A stretch of 64,000 bases of DNA from Escherichia coli. Its GTDB lineage: Bacteria > Pseudomonadota > Gammaproteobacteria > Enterobacterales > Enterobacteriaceae. The notes under the pieces were generated by a model that worked only from the letters and a program-made list of their open reading frames with translations, searched no databases and was not told the origin of the DNA. Both the position numbers and the translations under genes were made by a program. Location: NCBI RefSeq assembly GCF_003018115.1, contig NZ_CP027457.1; one strand, given 5' to 3'. Below are positions 11,249 to 20,424 of this stretch, piece by piece. Numbering within the stretch: position 1 is the first letter of the stretch; each line of letters begins with the position of its first letter.

Positions 11249-13390
11249 TCAAAATTGCCGCATATCCGGCATTCCGGGGGGTAAATCTTTCGGCACAGGC
11301 GCATCCGGTACAGGTTGTGTGGCACCACAGTTCCAGTTAATCACCGGCGCATCACCGTTCACATCCGACTCCCCTTCCAGATGAATGTGCGTACCATTAA
11401 GAAATATGCTTCCGTCCTTCGTCAGCACCAGCCTTGCCTTACCACAGCAGAGTTCAAGATGCTCACCGGCAGAATAAACTGCTGTTTGTCCGGTGTTTTC
11501 CTTCATCGTCTTGCCCACCGAGAAGGTGACGTTATTCCCTACATTGACGCTGTAGCCCATTCCCACCATCAGTGATTTATGCAGCCCTACCTGTGAGGAC
11601 TGCAACAACGCCACCGAGGTATTCATAATGCCGCCTACCGTCGTCTGATACGCCACACCCACCGTCAGCGCACGAATGATCCCCACCTTTTCAACCTGGT
11701 TTGATCCCACTTTGATAATCTGGTTACTGCCCACCGTTTCCACCTGGTTGACACCAACCGTCTGTATCTGATTAACGCCAATGTTCTGGATCTGGTTATT
11801 GGTAACGGTGATCGCCTGGTTGTTACCTATTTTTTCGGCATGGTTGTTTATCACATCAGTGGTGCGGTTATTCAGCACCTCGGTGTTCATGTTCTTCTGC
11901 GCGTGGATGTAGACCTGTTCTTTCCCTGTCGCATCGTCAAACTTCAGTTCATTAAACCCGCTGCCCTTATAGGTTTTCGAACGAATGGTCATCTGCGTCT
12001 TTGTTCCCGGCAGGCTGCCGGGTGTGCGGTTTTCCTGGTGGTAGGTGCGCCCCATAATGATCGGCTGGTCCGGATCGCCGTTGAGGAAGTCCACAATCAC
12101 CTCCTGACCCACACGCGGTATCGCCAGGTTACCAAACCCGGTGCCTGCCCACGCCTGTGCCACACGGATCCAGCATGAACTGTCCTGGTTTGACGGGTTA
12201 TAGCGGTCCCAGTTAAATTTCACCCGCACGCGACCATGTTCGTCGCAGAAGATTTCCTCGCCTGCCGGTCCCGTCACGACGGCGCTCTGCGGGCCATCCA
12301 CCAGCGGTTTCAGCAACGGCTGTGGTCGCCATGTTCTGTCTGCCGGTATTACCGCAAAATGGTTATCCAGCGTGGTGCCTGAACCCCTGCGTCCCGGTAC
12401 CGCCTGCGGCTGTTCGCCGTGAAGATCGCTCGCCACCACCTGCCATTCCCGGTTCAGGTTCGCCTGCGGATGCCCCGTCAGCACAATTCGCCGTCCCGGC
12501 CATATCTCCGGCGAACGGCTTGTTCCGCGCGCCACTTCTGCGTTGTTTCGCCAGCCATCCATCTGCCAGCGGGCAAAGTTCTGCCCGTGGGCACCCTTGA
12601 AACGTCCGGGGTAGTCATACACTTCATACTGTGTGCGCTGGTAATCCTGGTACTGGCCTTCCTGATCAAAACGCCCTGCCCAGCCGGGTCGTTTAAAGGT
12701 GTAGTCTTTGGTCACCACGGAAGAAGGGCGGATTTGTGCGCTGTAGCGAAACTGGCTGATGCAGAGGGTGCTTACCTCGGTACGGGTGTTCGGATTCCAG
12801 GGGATCTCAAAGGACTCCGGCAGATAACGCACGGTATCGCACAGGACCAGGCTCTGGTCGGTACTTTTTTGCGCGTGCTCCTCATAAAAGAAGATGCCTT
12901 CCTCCGCCGCCATCCGGCACAGGAAATCGTAATCAGTCTCACCGTACTGGACACAAAACTCACGGGAAGGATGCGGTTCACTGAACAGCGGACTCCACTC
13001 GGTCACCCCGTTTTCCTGCAATATCGTGCCGAGGATGCTTTTGATGTCCTCGTTCTGGAAGATACGGAAGTTCTGGCGCAGCCCTGTGCGCCACAGCGGC
13101 GGGCATACCTTCATGCTGTACAGCTTCTGGTTTTTGTCGTTCTCCCCCAGTTCAAACCAGGTCACCACACCTTTCACCCGGCGCTGTACGTCATCGCCCT
13201 GCCATATCGTCAGGTAGGCCATTTTGTCGAGGATCTGCTGGAATTCAAGGGAGAGAAACTGCTGGCTGACCAGAGAGAGAGCGAGGGAAAAAAGCGAAGA
13301 GAGTGACTGGTTCAGATGAAAGGAGACCACCGCAAAAGCATCCGGTGGCAGGCCGTCCACTTCCAGCGTGAAACGTAATCCGGTTGACAT
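11249..13390 (-). CDS. vgrG: T6SS spike protein VgrG (713 aa)
   Basis: Typical VgrG N-terminus (MSTGLRFTLEVDGLPPDAFAVVSF), gp27/gp5-like core and repetitive beta-helix region (NNQ/VGxNQ repeats). Confidence 0.93.
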   Translation of the reverse strand: MSTGLRFTLEVDGLPPDAFAVVSFHLNQSLSSLFSLALSLVSQQFLSLEFQQILDKMAYLTIWQGDDVQRRVKGVVTWFELGENDKNQKLYSMKVCPPLWRTGLRQNFRIFQNEDIKSILGTILQENGVTEWSPLFSEPHPSREFCVQYGETDYDFLCRMAAEEGIFFYEEHAQKSTDQSLVLCDTVRYLPESFEIPWNPNTRTEVSTLCISQFRYSAQIRPSSVVTKDYTFKRPGWAGRFDQEGQYQDYQRTQYEVYDYPGRFKGAHGQNFARWQMDGWRNNAEVARGTSRSPEIWPGRRIVLTGHPQANLNREWQVVASDLHGEQPQAVPGRRGSGTTLDNHFAVIPADRTWRPQPLLKPLVDGPQSAVVTGPAGEEIFCDEHGRVRVKFNWDRYNPSNQDSSCWIRVAQAWAGTGFGNLAIPRVGQEVIVDFLNGDPDQPIIMGRTYHQENRTPGSLPGTKTQMTIRSKTYKGSGFNELKFDDATGKEQVYIHAQKNMNTEVLNNRTTDVINNHAEKIGNNQAITVTNNQIQNIGVNQIQTVGVNQVETVGSNQIIKVGSNQVEKVGIIRALTVGVAYQTTVGGIMNTSVALLQSSQVGLHKSLMVGMGYSVNVGNNVTFSVGKTMKENTGQTAVYSAGEHLELCCGKARLVLTKDGSIFLNGTHIHLEGESDVNGDAPVINWNCGATQPVPDAPVPKDLPPGMPDMRQF

Positions 13391-13552
13391 AGCAACCTCC
13401 GGGGTTAAGGAAAAACAGACAGTTCGCTGTTAAAGCGGCTGTGACAGTACAGTGTTACGCTTGCGTTCAGGCACGCTACCGCCGAAGTTTCCGGCAGCCG
13501 CCATCTCCCGTGAACGTAACCCCTTACTGACAACCTTTCTTTCTACGGCGTA

Positions 13553-13590
13553 ATACAAAAACAGCATCCGGCCTGATAGCCGGATGCTGT
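13553..13590 (-). terminator. Intrinsic terminator or attenuator between hcp and vgrG
   Basis: Perfect 12-bp stem ACAGCATCCGGC/GCCGGATGCTGT with 6-nt loop, followed on the minus strand by TTTTGT; 10 nt after the hcp stop. Confidence 0.7.
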
Positions 13591-13599
13591 TGGCTTAAC

Positions 13600-14118
13600 T
13601 TATGCTTCCAGCGGTGCGCGCCAGTCGTCGGCACCGGAGGTGCCAGATTTGACGTGTTCCCATTCAATTTTGCGGTAGGCCAGTGAAACTTCGAGCAACT
13701 GGGTGAACTCGCGTTTCGCCGGGTCCTGGCAATGCGGCATATGCAGTTTCATATCGACAATCGTCGAATCAGTCAGGCGGGTAGTGAAATAATGCTCCTG
13801 TTTGCCTTCCACAGAGGTACGCCACCAGTGAAGTTCAGTGGTTGGCAGCATTTCGCCGGAGGCCAGTGCGTTGTACATCAGCGGAACCGCTTTGTTCAGC
13901 GCCACGGTAAAAATGAAAGGCTTGTGAGCACGCTGACCCGCAGGCTGACCGGACTGAGGATCGGTCGGGACAGTAACGTTATGCAGGAATTCCTGCACCA
14001 GCATCTCGTCTTCGTGCCCCTGCACATAGATGTTGCCGACAGAATCAGCGGTAAATGCACCTGCAGTAATATTTCCCTGGGTCTGACCAGTGATGGAGAT
14101 ATAACACGGTGTTGGCAT
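13600..14118 (-). CDS. hcp: T6SS inner-tube protein Hcp (172 aa)
   Basis: 172-aa ORF with an Hcp-like N-terminus (MPTPCYISITGQTQGNITAGAF...); size and position upstream of vgrG. Confidence 0.93.
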   Translation of the reverse strand: MPTPCYISITGQTQGNITAGAFTADSVGNIYVQGHEDEMLVQEFLHNVTVPTDPQSGQPAGQRAHKPFIFTVALNKAVPLMYNALASGEMLPTTELHWWRTSVEGKQEHYFTTRLTDSTIVDMKLHMPHCQDPAKREFTQLLEVSLAYRKIEWEHVKSGTSGADDWRAPLEA

Positions 14119-14815
14119 TTGTAAACTCCTTGTTAACGTGGTTAATTACTACTTACAATGACCTGCCGTTAATCCCAGACAGGCAGATGCAGCTCACTTC
14201 ACGGAACCGCATCATTTTTCAGTATTTTTTACATACAAACCGAGCTAGAATTTACGGTTGTCGTAAAAACTATTTTTAAAATCATTAAATCTCTTATTCA
14301 GCAATAACTTAATAATATATATCTGGATAACCATACCCAACTGTTCAAAGTCCGTATTGCCTCCATAAAATGGCCAAAGCTGAATCATGAATAAATATTG
14401 TATTTATCCTTTCTGAATTATCATTTTGATAATTTTTGAGATATTCCTTAAAAATACCCACTTAATCAATCACAAAACAAATATATAAACAAGCAATCAT
14501 TAGATTAGCTTATGTTTAATAAAATTATTATACAATTCAATAAGATGAATAAAAAACCCTATATTTAAATTATTGCCATAATACACCTGACGCGAATTAC
14601 ACAGGTTCACACAATCTATTTAACGCTTGCAGAATACCCCTCTTTACGATCGATAAAAAGTCCTTTTCTTATTTATTTTGAAGCGTAAAATGCGGGGTGA
14701 TGAAGGAGTGGTGATTTTATTTTCACCGCCATTAGGGCGGCATTGCCGATATTTTTTTGCGGTACAAATATGCCGTGTTCATGGCCTGTACGAGATAACA
14801 TGACGGATCACTTTT
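14119..14815. promoter_or_regulatory. AT-rich divergent control region between hcp and tssB
   Basis: ~700 bp without ORFs, visibly AT-rich, between divergent operons; contains a Fur-box-like inverted GATAAT pair (~14414..14436) and GATC sites at 14648 and 14806. Confidence 0.5.
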
Positions 14816-15316
14816 ATGAGCAAAAAATTTGAAGGCAGCGTCGCGCCTCGCGAGCGTATTAATATATCGTATGTCCCAAAAACAGATGGCCAGACGGCTG
14901 AAGTGGAACTTCCGCTTAACATGCTCGTTGTCGGCGATACCGGAAATACGCAGGAAACATCCCCACTGGATGAACGTCAGGCAGTTTCCGTTAACAAGCA
15001 CAATTTCGGTGCAGTGATGGCTGAAGCAGCCATTGGCCTCAATTTTACCGTCCCTGCCACACTGAAGGGAAGCACAACGGACGATGAGCTGAATGTGGCG
15101 CTGAATATCAAGTCACTGGATGATTTTTCACCAGATAGCGTGGCCCGGCAGGTTCCGGAAGTGAATAAATTGCTGGAACTGCGTGAAGCACTGACTGCAC
15201 TGAAGGGGCCGATGGGTAACCTTCCGGCATTCCGTACCCAGCTCCAGGCATTGCTGGAAAATGAAGAGTCCCGCGAGCAGTTGCTCAAAGAAATCGGCCA
15301 GGTGAGCAATAAATAA
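14816..15316 (+). CDS. tssB: T6SS contractile sheath small subunit TssB (VipA)
   Basis: 166-aa ORF, first gene of the structural operon; TssB-like size and sequence. Confidence 0.9.
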   Translation: MSKKFEGSVAPRERINISYVPKTDGQTAEVELPLNMLVVGDTGNTQETSPLDERQAVSVNKHNFGAVMAEAAIGLNFTVPATLKGSTTDDELNVALNIKSLDDFSPDSVARQVPEVNKLLELREALTALKGPMGNLPAFRTQLQALLENEESREQLLKEIGQVSNK

Positions 15317-15350
15317 CCACCACTATTTCATTAAACAGGGTTATCCAGGC

Positions 15351-15575
15351 ATGACGGCACACAAAAATATCTCCGGGACATACCACCTCTCTGTTGCAGA
15401 CATTCTGCAGGTGGTTTACCAGGTATGTTTCAGCCCGTCCGTTGAAATCAACCAGGATGGTGTGGCTGCGCTGATTACAACACTGGATCGCCGTATCAGT
15501 GATCTATTGGATGAGATTATCCATTTTTGTGAGTTTCAGCAGAGCGCGTCGCACTGGCAGCGCGTACTTCACTGA
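15351..15575 (+). CDS. Small ORF (74 aa) resembling the N-terminal region of TssC
   Basis: LDRRISDLLDEIIHFCEFQQSASHWQRVL aligns with TssC IDERISRQMDVIIHAPAFQQVESFWRSL; sits between tssB and tssC. Confidence 0.4.
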   Translation: MTAHKNISGTYHLSVADILQVVYQVCFSPSVEINQDGVAALITTLDRRISDLLDEIIHFCEFQQSASHWQRVLH

Positions 15576-15625
15576 CGGCGAAAAGCCGGTTTCAGAAACA
15601 CAGCTAAAACAGAAGGATTTTCAGT

Positions 15626-17101
15626 ATGTCTTTACAGGAAGAGGAACTCGTTTCCAGTCATGCCGGGCAGCCTGAGCAGGCATCGTCGCTGCTTGATCAA
15701 ATCATGGCACAGACCCGTATTCAGCCCGGTTCGGAAGGTTATGACGTTGCCCGCCAGGGTGTGACAGCCTTTATTGCCAGCATCCTGCAATCCACTGCAT
15801 CTGCCGAACCGGTCAATAAACTGGCCGTGGACAGCATGATTGCAGATATTGATGAACGCATCAGCCGCCAGATGGATGTCATCATCCATGCGCCTGCCTT
15901 TCAGCAGGTCGAGTCGTTCTGGCGCTCACTGAAAACCATGGTGGATCGCGTTGATTTCCGTGAAAACATCAAGGTCAACGTGCTTCATGTCACCAAGCAG
16001 GAACTTCTGGAAGACTTTGAGTTTGCGCCAGAAATTATTCAGTCCGGATTTTATAAGCACGTTTATTCGTCCGGTTTCGGACAGTTTGGCGGTGAACCCA
16101 TCGCTGCCGTGCTGGGCGCTTATGAGTTCAAAAATACCGCGCCTGACATGAAACTGCTGCAATACGTCAGTGCCGTGGGCGCAATGGCGCACGCACCGTT
16201 CCTGTCCTCCGTTTCCCCGGAGTTTATGGGGCTGAACTCGTGGACCGAACTGCCTAATATCAAAGATCTTTATGCCATCTTTGAAGGTCCGGCCTACACC
16301 AAATGGCGCGCCCTGCGTGACTCGGAAGATTCGCGCTATTTAGGGCTTACGGCACCCCGCTTCCTGCTTCGCCAGCCCTATTCACCAACAGATAACCCTG
16401 TTAAGAACTTTAACTATTACGAAGATGTCAGCCAGAACCACGAAGATTATCTGTGGGGTAATACGGCCTGGATGCTGGCATGCAATATCGCAGACAGTTT
16501 TGCCAAATACCGCTGGTGTCCAAACATTATCGGTCCGCAAAGCGGCGGCGCAGTGAAAGATCTGCCGGTGCATCTGTTCGAAACGATGGGGCAGATTCAG
16601 GCCAAAATCCCAACCGAGGTGCTGGTCACCGATCGCCGCGAATTTGAACTGGCTGAAGAGGGTTTTATCACCCTTACCATGCGTAAAGACTCTGATAATG
16701 CAGCCTTTTTCTCTGCAAACTCGGTACAAAAACCGAAGCACTTTCCGGGAAAAGATGCAGAAACCAACTATAAGCTGGGTACGCAGCTTCCTTATCTCTT
16801 CATCATCAATCGGTTAGCGCACTACATCAAGGTGTTGCAGCGTGAACAACTGGGGTCATGGAAAGAAAGGAGCGACTTAGAAAGAGAGCTTAATACCTGG
16901 ATCCGTCAGTATGTTGCCGACCAGGAAAACCCGCCTGCAGACGTGCGCAGCCGCAAACCTCTGCGCGCTGCCAAAGTTGAGGTTATGGATGTAGAAGGCG
17001 AACCCGGCTGGTACCAGGTTGCGCTAAGCGTGAGACCTCATTTTAAATTTATGGGGGCAAATTTTGAGCTTTCCCTGGTTGGCCGGTTAGACAGGGAGTA
17101 A
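15626..17101 (+). CDS. tssC: T6SS contractile sheath large subunit TssC (VipB)
   Basis: 491-aa ORF, canonical TssC length and sequence. Confidence 0.93.
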   Translation: MSLQEEELVSSHAGQPEQASSLLDQIMAQTRIQPGSEGYDVARQGVTAFIASILQSTASAEPVNKLAVDSMIADIDERISRQMDVIIHAPAFQQVESFWRSLKTMVDRVDFRENIKVNVLHVTKQELLEDFEFAPEIIQSGFYKHVYSSGFGQFGGEPIAAVLGAYEFKNTAPDMKLLQYVSAVGAMAHAPFLSSVSPEFMGLNSWTELPNIKDLYAIFEGPAYTKWRALRDSEDSRYLGLTAPRFLLRQPYSPTDNPVKNFNYYEDVSQNHEDYLWGNTAWMLACNIADSFAKYRWCPNIIGPQSGGAVKDLPVHLFETMGQIQAKIPTEVLVTDRREFELAEEGFITLTMRKDSDNAAFFSANSVQKPKHFPGKDAETNYKLGTQLPYLFIINRLAHYIKVLQREQLGSWKERSDLERELNTWIRQYVADQENPPADVRSRKPLRAAKVEVMDVEGEPGWYQVALSVRPHFKFMGANFELSLVGRLDRE

Positions 17102-17107
17102 CACACC

Positions 17108-17521
17108 ATGATACCGGATCGGGAAAGAACCACAGGTTCTCTTTTTGAGCGTATGGAAGCCTCTTCGGCCAGAAACCGGCAGGGAGGCAGTATTCATTCG
17201 CTCAGGCAATCCATTCGCCAGAACCTACGAAACATTCTTAATACCCGGTCCGGTAGTTGCCGGGGTGCGCCTGAGCTGGGCATTGATGAACCGGAAGGGG
17301 CTGAAAACTTCCGCGAATCCATGAGTCGGGCCATCGAGCAATGTATAGAACGCTATGAACCCCGGATCTCACACGCTGAAGTGCAGGCAGTGGTTTCATC
17401 CGCCTCCAGCCCGCTGGATATGACGTTTCATATTACAGCCTGGGTGACATTTAACGAAACGCATGAGGTGCTTGAATTTGATATGGCACCGAATGGCAGC
17501 CAGCATTACCGGGTGGACTGA
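17108..17521 (+). CDS. tssE: T6SS baseplate protein TssE (gp25-like)
   Basis: 137-aa ORF following tssC; gp25/GPW-like size and position. Confidence 0.85.
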   Translation: MIPDRERTTGSLFERMEASSARNRQGGSIHSLRQSIRQNLRNILNTRSGSCRGAPELGIDEPEGAENFRESMSRAIEQCIERYEPRISHAEVQAVVSSASSPLDMTFHITAWVTFNETHEVLEFDMAPNGSQHYRVD

Positions 17522-17524
17522 CAA

Positions 17525-19375
17525 ATGGAATTTGAAGAACGCTATTTTCGGGAAGAACTCGATTACCTGCGCCAGCTTAGCAAGCTGCTGGCAACGGAAA
17601 AACCCCATCTGGCCCGCTTCCTGGCCGAAAAAGATGCGGATCCGGATATTGAACGCCTGCTGGAAGGGGTGGCTTTTCTTACCGGCAATCTCCGCCAGAA
17701 AATTGAGGATGAATTCCCAGAACTGACGCACGGGCTTATTAAGATGCTATGGCCTAATTACCTGCGTCCGGTTCCGGCAATGACCCTTATTGAATATACG
17801 CCGGATATGGATAAGTCTTCTGTACCGGTGTTAATCCCCCGTAATGAGCAGTTTACAACCAACGCCGGGGAAATCAGAGTTGATGAAGTGCTGCCCTCTG
17901 ATGCTAAAAAGGAGGAGCCGCCTCCCTGTACCTTCACCCTCTGCCGGGATATCTGGCTGCTGCCCGTTCGCCTGGAGCAGATTGAAAACCGCAGTACGAC
18001 CCGTAATGGTGTTATCAACATCACCTTTTCGGTCGCACCGGGAACGGATTTCCGCACGCTGGATCTGAACAAACTTCGCTTCTGGCTCGGCAATGACGAC
18101 AACTATACCCGTGACCAGCTTTATTTATGGTTCTGCGAATACTTGCAGGGTGCCGACCTGACTGTGGGTGAACAGCATATTCGCCTGCCTGAGTTTATGC
18201 TAAAAGCTGTCGGTTTTGAGCCGCAGGATGCCATGCTGCCCTGGCCGAAAAACGTCCACAGCGGCTACCGGATCCTTCAGGAGTATTTCTGTTACCCCGA
18301 TGCGTTTCTCTTTTTTAATCTTTGTGGTTGTCCGGCTTTGCCTGACGGATTGCAGGCGGAATTCTTTACCCTGCAACTGCGTTTTTCGCGCCCTTTGCCC
18401 GTGGACATCCGGCTGCGCCGCGATTCCCTGCGCCTGTATTGCGCACCTGCCATTAATTTATTTATCCACCATGCAGAAGCCATCACGCTGGACAACCGGC
18501 GGGCAGACTATCCGCTGGTTCCCAGCCGCCATTACCCACAACATTACGATGTATTTTCCGTTAACAGTGTGGTGAGCCAGGTCCAGGATATGTTCAGGAA
18601 AAAAGATCTGGGGCGTCCTGTTTCGACGCAGGCCGCGCGCCAGTGGCCAGCCTTTGAAAGTTTCAGCCATCAGATGGAATACAGCCGGAAGCGGGAAGTG
18701 GTGTACTGGCATCACCGGACCAAAACATCCCTGTTCCATCGCGGCTTTGATCATACCCTTGCCTTTATACATGCTGATGGCAGTTATCCGTCAGACGAAT
18801 CTCTGCTCAGTAATGAAGTGGTTTCGGTATCGCTGACCTGTACCAACCGTGAGCTTCCGTCACAAATTCGTTCCGGCGATATCACCGGCACAACCGGTAA
18901 AAATGCGGCTGTTGCTTCATTTCGCAACATTACCCGCCCGACGCAACCACTCTGGCCGGTCATTGATGGCAGCCTGCACTGGTCCCTACTCTCCGCCATG
19001 AACCTGAATTATCTGTCATTACTGGATACGGACGCGCTGAAGCAGGTCATCGCCAACTTTGATCGCCACGCAATCCATCATCCGCAGACGGCACGGCTGT
19101 CACAACAAAAGCTGGATGCCATTGAGCGTCTGGAGACCCGCCCCGTTGATCGCCTGTTTACGGGTATTCCCGTCCGGGGGCTGGCCTCCACGCTGTATCT
19201 GCACCCGGAGCCGTTTGTCTGTGAAGGGGAAATGTATCTGCTCGGTACGGTGCTTTCGCATTTTCTGTCGCTGTACGCCAGCGTTAACTCATTCCACATG
19301 CTGACCGTTGTGAACACAGAAAGCCAGGAGACATGGAAATGGACGGAAAGAATCGGGCAGCATCCTCTTATCTGA
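17525..19375 (+). CDS. tssF: T6SS baseplate protein TssF (VasA)
   Basis: 616-aa ORF; conserved position and TssF-like N-terminus. Confidence 0.9.
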   Translation: MEFEERYFREELDYLRQLSKLLATEKPHLARFLAEKDADPDIERLLEGVAFLTGNLRQKIEDEFPELTHGLIKMLWPNYLRPVPAMTLIEYTPDMDKSSVPVLIPRNEQFTTNAGEIRVDEVLPSDAKKEEPPPCTFTLCRDIWLLPVRLEQIENRSTTRNGVINITFSVAPGTDFRTLDLNKLRFWLGNDDNYTRDQLYLWFCEYLQGADLTVGEQHIRLPEFMLKAVGFEPQDAMLPWPKNVHSGYRILQEYFCYPDAFLFFNLCGCPALPDGLQAEFFTLQLRFSRPLPVDIRLRRDSLRLYCAPAINLFIHHAEAITLDNRRADYPLVPSRHYPQHYDVFSVNSVVSQVQDMFRKKDLGRPVSTQAARQWPAFESFSHQMEYSRKREVVYWHHRTKTSLFHRGFDHTLAFIHADGSYPSDESLLSNEVVSVSLTCTNRELPSQIRSGDITGTTGKNAAVASFRNITRPTQPLWPVIDGSLHWSLLSAMNLNYLSLLDTDALKQVIANFDRHAIHHPQTARLSQQKLDAIERLETRPVDRLFTGIPVRGLASTLYLHPEPFVCEGEMYLLGTVLSHFLSLYASVNSFHMLTVVNTESQETWKWTERIGQHPLI

Positions 19376-20421
19376 GTCCGGGAAATCCCCCGGCAGATAA
19401 AGAGCAGAATGATCCGCTGGCACAGGTTTTCCATAATGCCTGCTCTTACAATTTTTTTGCGATGGCGGAGCTGTTGCACCGCCTGGCAAAGGGTGAAAAG
19501 GGGACGCCAGAATTATCCCTGCGCGACGATCCGGCACAGGAAACCCTGCGTTTCAGCGCCGATGCCAGCCTTGCCTTCCCGTGCAGTGATATCAGTGCGC
19601 TGAAACGGGATACGTCAGGGGCATTCAGGATGACCACCACCTTTATGGGGTTACAGGGGAGCCAGTCGCCTCTCCCCGGTTATTACCTCGATCACCTGGC
19701 CTGGAAAGCGGTACATGAACAAAGTCCGGTAGGTGATTTTCTGGATATGTTCAGCCACCGCCTGACCCAGTTTGTCTGGCATATCTGGCGTAAGTACCGC
19801 TATCACATCAGTTTTCGTAACGGCGGTGTGGATGCGTTCTCGCAGCGCATGTACTCCCTTGTCGGGCTGGGCCACCGCCAGCTTCGCGATAAGCTGGCGA
19901 TTAATCACAGCAAAATGCTGGCGTATTCCGGGATCCTGGCAAATCCGGGACGATCCCCGGAAATTATCTGTGGCCTGGTGTCCCACTGCTTTGATTTGTC
20001 AGAAGTGACGCTGCAAAACTGGCAACGTCGCAAGGTGGATATTGAACCGGATCAGCAAAATAGTCTGGGGAGCTATTCTCTTAAAAATGGCGAAAAACTG
20101 GCGGGAAGATCGGTACTGGGCAACTTTGTTCTGGGTACACAAGTGCCCGATCTCAGCGGAAAATTCCAGCTCAGTATTACCAGCCTGACCCGAAAACAGT
20201 TCCTCTCTTTTCTGCCGTCCGGCGAAAACTTCCTGCCACTGACGATGTTCGTGTCCTTCATCCTGCGCGATCAGCTTGCCTGGGACTTACATCTGGGGCT
20301 GGCGCCGGAGCAGGTGGGCGCAATGCGCCTGGGCGATAACAAAAGTGCGCTGCTGGGCTGGACCAGCTTCCTCGGCACACCGGAAGAACGCCCCTCAGTC
20401 ACCATCAGGGTACGGTCGTAA
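19333..20421 (+). CDS. tssG: T6SS baseplate protein TssG (VasB); start ambiguous (19333 or 19339), overlaps the tssF 3' end
   Basis: 362-aa ORF overlapping tssF by ~40 nt; TssG-like N-terminal region. Confidence 0.85.
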   Translation: MEMDGKNRAASSYLSPGNPPADKEQNDPLAQVFHNACSYNFFAMAELLHRLAKGEKGTPELSLRDDPAQETLRFSADASLAFPCSDISALKRDTSGAFRMTTTFMGLQGSQSPLPGYYLDHLAWKAVHEQSPVGDFLDMFSHRLTQFVWHIWRKYRYHISFRNGGVDAFSQRMYSLVGLGHRQLRDKLAINHSKMLAYSGILANPGRSPEIICGLVSHCFDLSEVTLQNWQRRKVDIEPDQQNSLGSYSLKNGEKLAGRSVLGNFVLGTQVPDLSGKFQLSITSLTRKQFLSFLPSGENFLPLTMFVSFILRDQLAWDLHLGLAPEQVGAMRLGDNKSALLGWTSFLGTPEERPSVTIRVRS

Positions 20422-20424
20422 ATT

